From the NCBI GenBank assembly GCA_037447605.1, contig CM074815.1:1984001-2048000 (forward strand): 64,000 nucleotides of DNA, written 5' to 3'. Every line of letters starts with the position of its first letter. The stretch's first letter is position 1. The notes beneath the pieces were generated by a model. It searched no databases. It saw nothing but the letters and a program-made list of their open reading frames with translations, and had not been told where the DNA came from. A program made the position numbers and the translations under genes. Of this stretch, positions 57,921-64,000 are shown piece after piece. Source of the stretch: Zygnema circumcarinatum SAG 698-1b. Its lineage: Eukaryota; Plantae; Zygnematophyceae.

Positions 57921-60900
57921 TGTGCAGACTGGGGGTTGTTCTACGAGATGAGATCGCTCCAGGCCCCTCGTTCAGTTCAGTCAGCGACTGGTGAGGAAGT
58001 GAAGGTGACCAGCGGAGGCGACGTGAGGATCGTCTTAGGAGGAGAGAGTGAAGGGGCAGCTACCATGATTGGTAACGTGCTTTATACCCCTGGGTTGCAG
58101 CACAACTTTGTGTCTGTGGGACAAGTGTGCGACAGGGGTTACTCAGTCACCTTTGATAAGCAGAATTGCGTGGCTAGACATAAGAAAACTGGGAATGTCT
58201 TATTTCAGGGGCACCGGAGAGAGGGCCTGTACGTCTTACAGTGGAGTAAGCCTGAAGAAGAAGGAGAGTCAGTTTTGCTTATGACCCAAGATGAGGTGCA
58301 GAAGTGGCATAGGAGGCTTGGGCATGTGAGTTTTCGAGCCATGCGAGAGTTAGCTCAGAAGGGGTTGGTCCGAGGCTTGGACTTGGAGGGTGCGGTTGAT
58401 CCACAGAGGATTTGCGAAGACTGCATTAAAGGGAAGATCCATCGTGGGCCATTCGTGCGAAGAGGAGATGGAGAGGGGCGCGCCAAGGAGCCGTTGGCGC
58501 TTGTGCACACAGACTTGTGTGGCCCCATCACCCCAGCGAGCTTGGGAGGAAGTCGATATTTCATCACTTTCCTTGATGACTACTCACGAAAGATTTGGGT
58601 GGTGCTCTTGACACAGAAGTCTGACGCTTATCCAGCCTTCAGAGCTTGGAAGATGCGTGCAGAGCGGGAGAGCGGCCATCTACTCAAGAACCTCCGTTCA
58701 GACAATGGAGGAGAATTCAAGAACAAGGTGTTCAGTGAGTATTTGAGAGGCTTGGGAATCAAGCAGGAGTTCTCTGCTCCATACTCACCGCAGAGTAATG
58801 GAGCTGCAGAGAGAGTGAACAGGACTCTTGGAGACATGGCAAGGACGATGTTGCATGACTCACCATTTCCTGTGACATTTTGGGGAGAAGCAGTGATGAC
58901 TGCCGCTTATGTGAGGAACTGGTGTCCGTCATCGGTCTTGGAGGATCGAGTGCCTGATGAGGTGTGGAGTGGGACGAAGCCCACTGTGGGACACTTGAAA
59001 GCATTTGGATCAAAGTGTTGGTATGCGATACCGAATGTCGCGCGTGGAGGGAAGTTTTTCCCAAGGGGCAAGGAGGGCTTCTTTCTTGGATACGCCAGTG
59101 ATTGCAGGGCTTACAGGGTGTATAGCCTTGAGACCAAGAAGGTAAAGATCAGCAGGGACGTGAGGGTGGATGAGGATGCTGCACACGTCCCCTTTACCCA
59201 CTCATGGAGGCGTGCTGATGAGTCGTGTCCACTCGGATTCACCTATGAAGGTGAAGTGATTGTGAGTCACCCTGAGCAGGAGAAGGTGCCAGTGGCCACT
59301 CAAGCTCAGACGGAGGAGAGTGCCACGCCCATTCATTCACGACGGCCTGTAGAGTCAGAGAGTGAAGATGAGACGAAACCGGTGACCTTTACTCCCTTGG
59401 GTTCTCCACATTGGGGAGACATGCAGGAGTCTGTGGGACCATCGGTGGAGGCATCAGCTGCGAAGTCTCAAGAGGAGACCTCCAGTTCACGAGAGGAGAC
59501 AGCCAGCATGCCGCATAAGTTGGTGGCTTCAGAACCACGTGCAGCGGCGAATGGAGAGTTGCTGGAGGAGATGGCTGATGAGCCAGAGGAGGAAGTGTCA
59601 GCTCCAATGCGAGCTGTGGAGCAGCCTGAAGAGCATCCCTCTGTGATGGAGAAGACAAGTGGGAGGACCAGGCGGCCTCCAAATCGTTTCAGTCCGGCTG
59701 TGCCTACGAAGCGCATGCGGAAGAAAGCACGAAAGAATGCCCAGGATCATTCTGCATCATTCTCAGGTGACATGGACATGATTGCCCATTGTTACATGGC
59801 CCATGCTGTTGAGCCTCAGACTTACGGGGAAGCTGTTGAGGGGCCAGATCAGATCAAGTGGCAGCAGGCCACCCAGGAGTGAAGGCATCCTCACTGAGAT
59901 TCAGCTGGTGCTTGAGAAGCTCCTACCCCTGGAGGTGTGCCATCGGCTGCAGCTGGGTCTTCAAGGTTAAGAGGAAGGCGGACGGCAGCATTGATAGGTA
60001 CAAGGCGCGACTCGTGGCCAAGGGCTACAGTCAGAAGGAAGGAGTTGACTACACAGAGACCTTCGCTCCTGTGGTGAAGTTCAACTCCCTCCGCTCCCTC
60101 ATTTCTATTGCCAGCCGCAGAGGGGATGCATGTCCACCAGTTGGACATCAAGACTGCTTTCTTGTATGGAGATCTTGATGAAGAGATATACATGGAGCAG
60201 CCAGAGGGATTGCTAGAGGAAGGAGAACCTCGCGTGGCTAGTACTTGCTGAAGAGCTCTGTATGGCTGTGAAGCAGGCCCCCCGTGTGGATGAGAGGATC
60301 GATGAACCCCTACAGATACTATGATTGACTCGTTTTGAGACTGATACTTGTGTGTACTCAGTTGGCGAAGATGATGATAAGTTGTTTGTTGGGGTCTATG
60401 TGGATGACCTGATCATGATCAGCAAGTCTCTTCGCAGCATTGCAGAGTTGAAGGAGCTCTTGCAGGAGAATTTCCAGATGACTGACCTTGGAGAGGCCCA
60501 ATATCTCTTGGGGATCCAGCTGAAGAGGGGGCCAGATGGTTCGCTATTCCTTTGTCAAAGGAAGTATGCAGAAGATGTGTTGCGGAAGTTCAACATGTGG
60601 GAGTGCAGGCCATGCACAAGTCCCATGGAGGCTGGAGTTCGCTTCACGAAGGAGATGTCCCCGTCTACAGAGGAGGAGGTAAAGGCAATGGCAGGAGTGC
60701 CATATCGATCTGCTGATTTGCAAGCCTCATGTACTTTGATGAGAGCACCAGGCCTGACCTTATGAGCCGTTAGCACGGCAACAGACATTCATGAAGAACC
60801 CTGGAACAGCATCTGGGAAGGAGCTCATATTTTGGTTTCTGAAGGGGAACTGTGGATTATGGCCTCAGGTTTGAGAGGGGGACTCGCAGCCGAGTCTATG

Positions 60901-62273
60901 GCTATACAGACGCTGACTGGGGAGGGGATTTGGATTCATCCCGCTCCACATCTGGATACGTTTTCTTGAATGCAGGTGGGGCCATCACATGGAATTCCAC
61001 CTTGCAGTCTTCAGTGGCCCCTCCAGCAGGCCCAGAGTACATGGGGGCCTCATGGGACCGAGAGAGTGTGTGTGGGCTGCCTGTTCTTTGGGGAGCTGCG
61101 AGCTGCCCTCACCTCCCTTACTACCTTCACCAGCAATCAGCCCTCTCATTGCTCTAATGGGGAATCCGGTGTTCCACAAGCGGAGCAAGCATTTCCGGAT
61201 CCAGACCATTACGTGAGACAGAGGTGAGAGAGGGGCCGCCAGATCAGCTTCATCGTAACCGAGGAGGCACTGGAGACTGACCCCGAAGGGCAGCCAGTGT
61301 GAGACCTTGAGGATTAATTCGGATCTCATTGGGCTGGGGCCTCTCAGGAACTAAAGTGCCAAAGAGGGGGAATGTTAGTGTACATAGTTAGTTCAGATTA
61401 GCATGTTTGTGTTGGCGCTTAGTTCCTAGGGGTGTGCTTCTAGGTGTGACATGTATGGGGCTGTATTATTCAGCGTGCGCGCCCGCAGGCTTGGACGCGG
61501 CAATGGTACGGAATAGTATGGACTGCTGTACGTATGTACGGACACATGTGCAGTCCTACATTTGGTACTGTGCTTGAGGAATCGGTCCTGGAGTACGGAA
61601 TCGAGGAATGACGCGGCGCGGAAGGCGGCGGAGTCGGTGGAGTCGGCGGAGCCTACTTTGCGTACGGAGGATAGTCCTTATGAAGGACGGCGGGGTGTTC
61701 AGCCCGGCGGTAGAGTACATGGCCATCTGGGTCAGAACGCGTGGTGTTGGTACGTTGCCAGGCACGCATAACTATGCATAGCAAGACACGAAGTAGTTAC
61801 ATCTAGGTTGTTTGAATAAGGTTGTTGCATGTATGGTTTGCGTGTGTGACGCTGATAGGTCACGCCACAGCCCCATACTATATAGTGAGAGTGGGTGTGT
61901 AAGTTATAAACCTTCTTGATATGCATTGCAAGGCTATGGCAGATTGAAGGCATGGCTTTGGCAACAGGAGGTGGACCTTTGTGAGGAGTCTCCGTGTGTG
62001 GAGAGCTGCCTCACGTGAAGGTGAAGTGATCATGTGGTGAAAGCTTGATTAGGCTTATGGGGGCTTGAGTTGGAAAGCTTGTCATCATAAAGGAGTTTTA
62101 GGCTGGGAGCTTTCTCCTACGTTTTTCTATTCCGCCTCTCGTGTGTTGTGTATGCACGTGAGTGAAAAATGAGTGAGAGTGCTGCGGGCACCAGGAGGGA
62201 AGTTTCCATGGACAGTGAAGAGGGAGAAAGGGTGGAAGGTGAATTTGCTTCTCATCCCTCTGCCCCTCTCACA
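57921..62273 (+). mobile_element. Ty1/copia element, 5' truncated by a gap: GAG-pre-integrase, integrase, indel-rich RT/RNase H, PPT, LTR 61373-62273
   Basis: WHRRLGH...CEDC, VHTDLCGP, LRSDNGGEF, NGAAERVN, YKARLVAKGYSQ, YVDDL, YTDADWGG; AAGAGGGGGAA PPT then TGTTAG. Confidence 0.93.
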
Positions 62274-64000
62274 GATGGTTCGCTATTCCTTTGTCAAAGG
62301 AAGTATGCAGAAGATGTGTTGCGGAAGTTCAACATGTGGGAGTGCAGGCCATGCACAAGTCCCATGGAGGCTGGAGTTCGCTTCACGAAGGAGATGTCCC
62401 CGTCTACAGAGGAGGAGGCAAAGGCAATGGCAGGAGTGCCATATCGATCTGCGATTGGGAGCCTCATGTATTTGATGACAGGCACGAGGCCTGACCTTGC
62501 GAAAGCCGTGAGCACGGCAAGCAGATTCATGGAGAACCCCGGCGAGGAGCATTGGGAAGGAGTCAAGCGTATATTTCGGTTTCTGAAGGGAACCGTGGAT
62601 TATGGCCTCAGGTTTGAGAGGGGGACTCGCAGCCGAGTCTATGGCTATACAGACGCTGACTGGGGAGGGGATTTGGATTCATCCCGCTCCACATCTGGAT
62701 ACGTTTTCTTGAATGCAGGTGGGGCCATCACATGGAATTCCACCTTGCAGTCTTCAGTGGCTCTCTCCAGCACTGAAGCAGAGTATATGGCAGCTTGCCA
62801 TGCAGCCAGAGAGTGTGTGTGGCTGCGGAACTTCTTTGGGGAGTGTGAGCGGCCTCAGCTCCCCTTACCACTCTTCACGGACAATCAGTCCTCTATTGCT
62901 CTAATGGGGAATCCGGTGTTCCACAAGCGGAGCAAGCATTTCCGGATCCAATACCATTACGTGAGACAGGAGGTGAGAGAGGGACTTGTCAGTATCAAGT
63001 TCATTGGAACCAGGGAGCAGGCAGCCGATATGCTGACGAAGGCAGTCAGTGGTGAGACCTTGAGGATTAATTCGGATCTCATTGGGCTGGGGCCTCTCAG
63101 GAACTAAAGTGCCAAAGAGGGGGAATGTTAGTGTACATAGTTAGTTCAGATTAGCATGTTTGTGTTGGCGCTTAGTTCCTAGGGGTGTGCTTCTAGGTGT
63201 GACATGTATGGGGACGGACTTACTTCAGCGTGCGCGCGGCGGCGAGACCGACCGCGCAACCGTACGGATAGTATGGACCGTACGGACCGTACGGTCGGTA
63301 CGGACAGTACGGCCGGGAGTCCGACATTTGGTACCGCGCCGAGGAATCGGTCCTGGAGTACGGAATCGAGGAATGATGCGGCGGCGGAAGACGGCGGAGT
63401 CGGTGGAGGCGGCGGAGCGTACTTTGCGTACGGAGGATAGTCCTTATGAAGGACGGCGGGGTGTTCAGCCCGGCGGTAGAGTACATGGCCATCTGGGTTA
63501 GGGCGGTGGTGTTGGTACGTTGCCAGGCTGGGTGTACTATGCATAGCAAGACACGAAGTAGTTTATTTAGGTTGTTTGAATAAGGTTGTTGCACGCTGAC
63601 GTGACATGGTCACGTCACAGCCCCATACTATATAGTGAGAGTGGGTGTGTAAGTTAAAAAAACCTTCTTGATATGCATTGCAAGGCTATGGCAGTTTGAA
63701 GGCATGGCTTTGGCAACAGGAGGTGGACCTTTGTGAGGAGTCTCCGTGTGTGGAGAGCTGCCTCACGTGAAGGTGAAGTGATCATGTGGTGAAAGCTTGA
63801 CTAGGCTTATGGGGGCTTGAGTTGGAAAGCTTGTCATCATAAAGGAGTTTTAGGCTGGGAGCTTTCTCCTACGTTTTTCTATTCCGCCTCTCGTGTGTTG
63901 TGTATGCACGTGAGTGAAAAATGAGTGAGAGTGCTGCGGGCACCAGGAGGGAAGTTTCCATGGACAGTGAAGAGGGAGAAAGGGTGGAAGGTGAATTTGC
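62274..64000 (+). mobile_element. Second, intact-frame Ty1/copia RT/RNase H 3' part (stop at 63107) with PPT and LTR from 63126 past the window end
   Basis: YRSAIGSLMYLMTGTRPDLA, SSTEAEY, KRSKHF, QAADMLTK; near-identical to 60535-62240. Confidence 0.93.

Overview
Eukaryotic nuclear DNA from an intron-rich green plant-lineage genome. Gene families, GT-AG introns and GA/CT-rich introns suggest a streptophyte alga, possibly Zygnematophyceae; this is an inference. The first ~31 kb is a compact housekeeping block: the 3' end of a probable ArfGAP, a COX4-like mitochondrial subunit, dihydropyrimidinase head-to-head with plastid ribosomal protein S1, a CCCH zinc-finger gene head-to-head with TFIIS, and an AVT6-type amino-acid transporter. 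From 33 to 49 kb lies a 16-kb LRR receptor kinase built from one intronless LRR block plus many one-LRR microexons. It carries a TGG>TGA stop, dead exon copies, an alternative divergent 3.2-kb haplotype or paralog segment between N gaps, and a 2.7-kb GA tract. From 50 to 64 kb is a nested retroelement cluster: a CRE-like LINE fragment, a chromovirus Ty3/gypsy split by a solo LTR, and Ty1/copia copies. Most notable: (1) removing the solo LTR reveals Gag-UAG-(unexplained ~190-aa domain resembling a degenerate adenine methyltransferase)-protease-RT-RH-IN-chromodomain in one frame up to RNase H; (2) a chromovirus-type chromodomain relic is fused to the TFIIS 5' end; (3) the LRR exon cassettes are modular and skippable in frame; (4) host promoters and LTRs share CCGTAC/G-box clusters. 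All homology calls are from motif recognition by eye; no searches were run.
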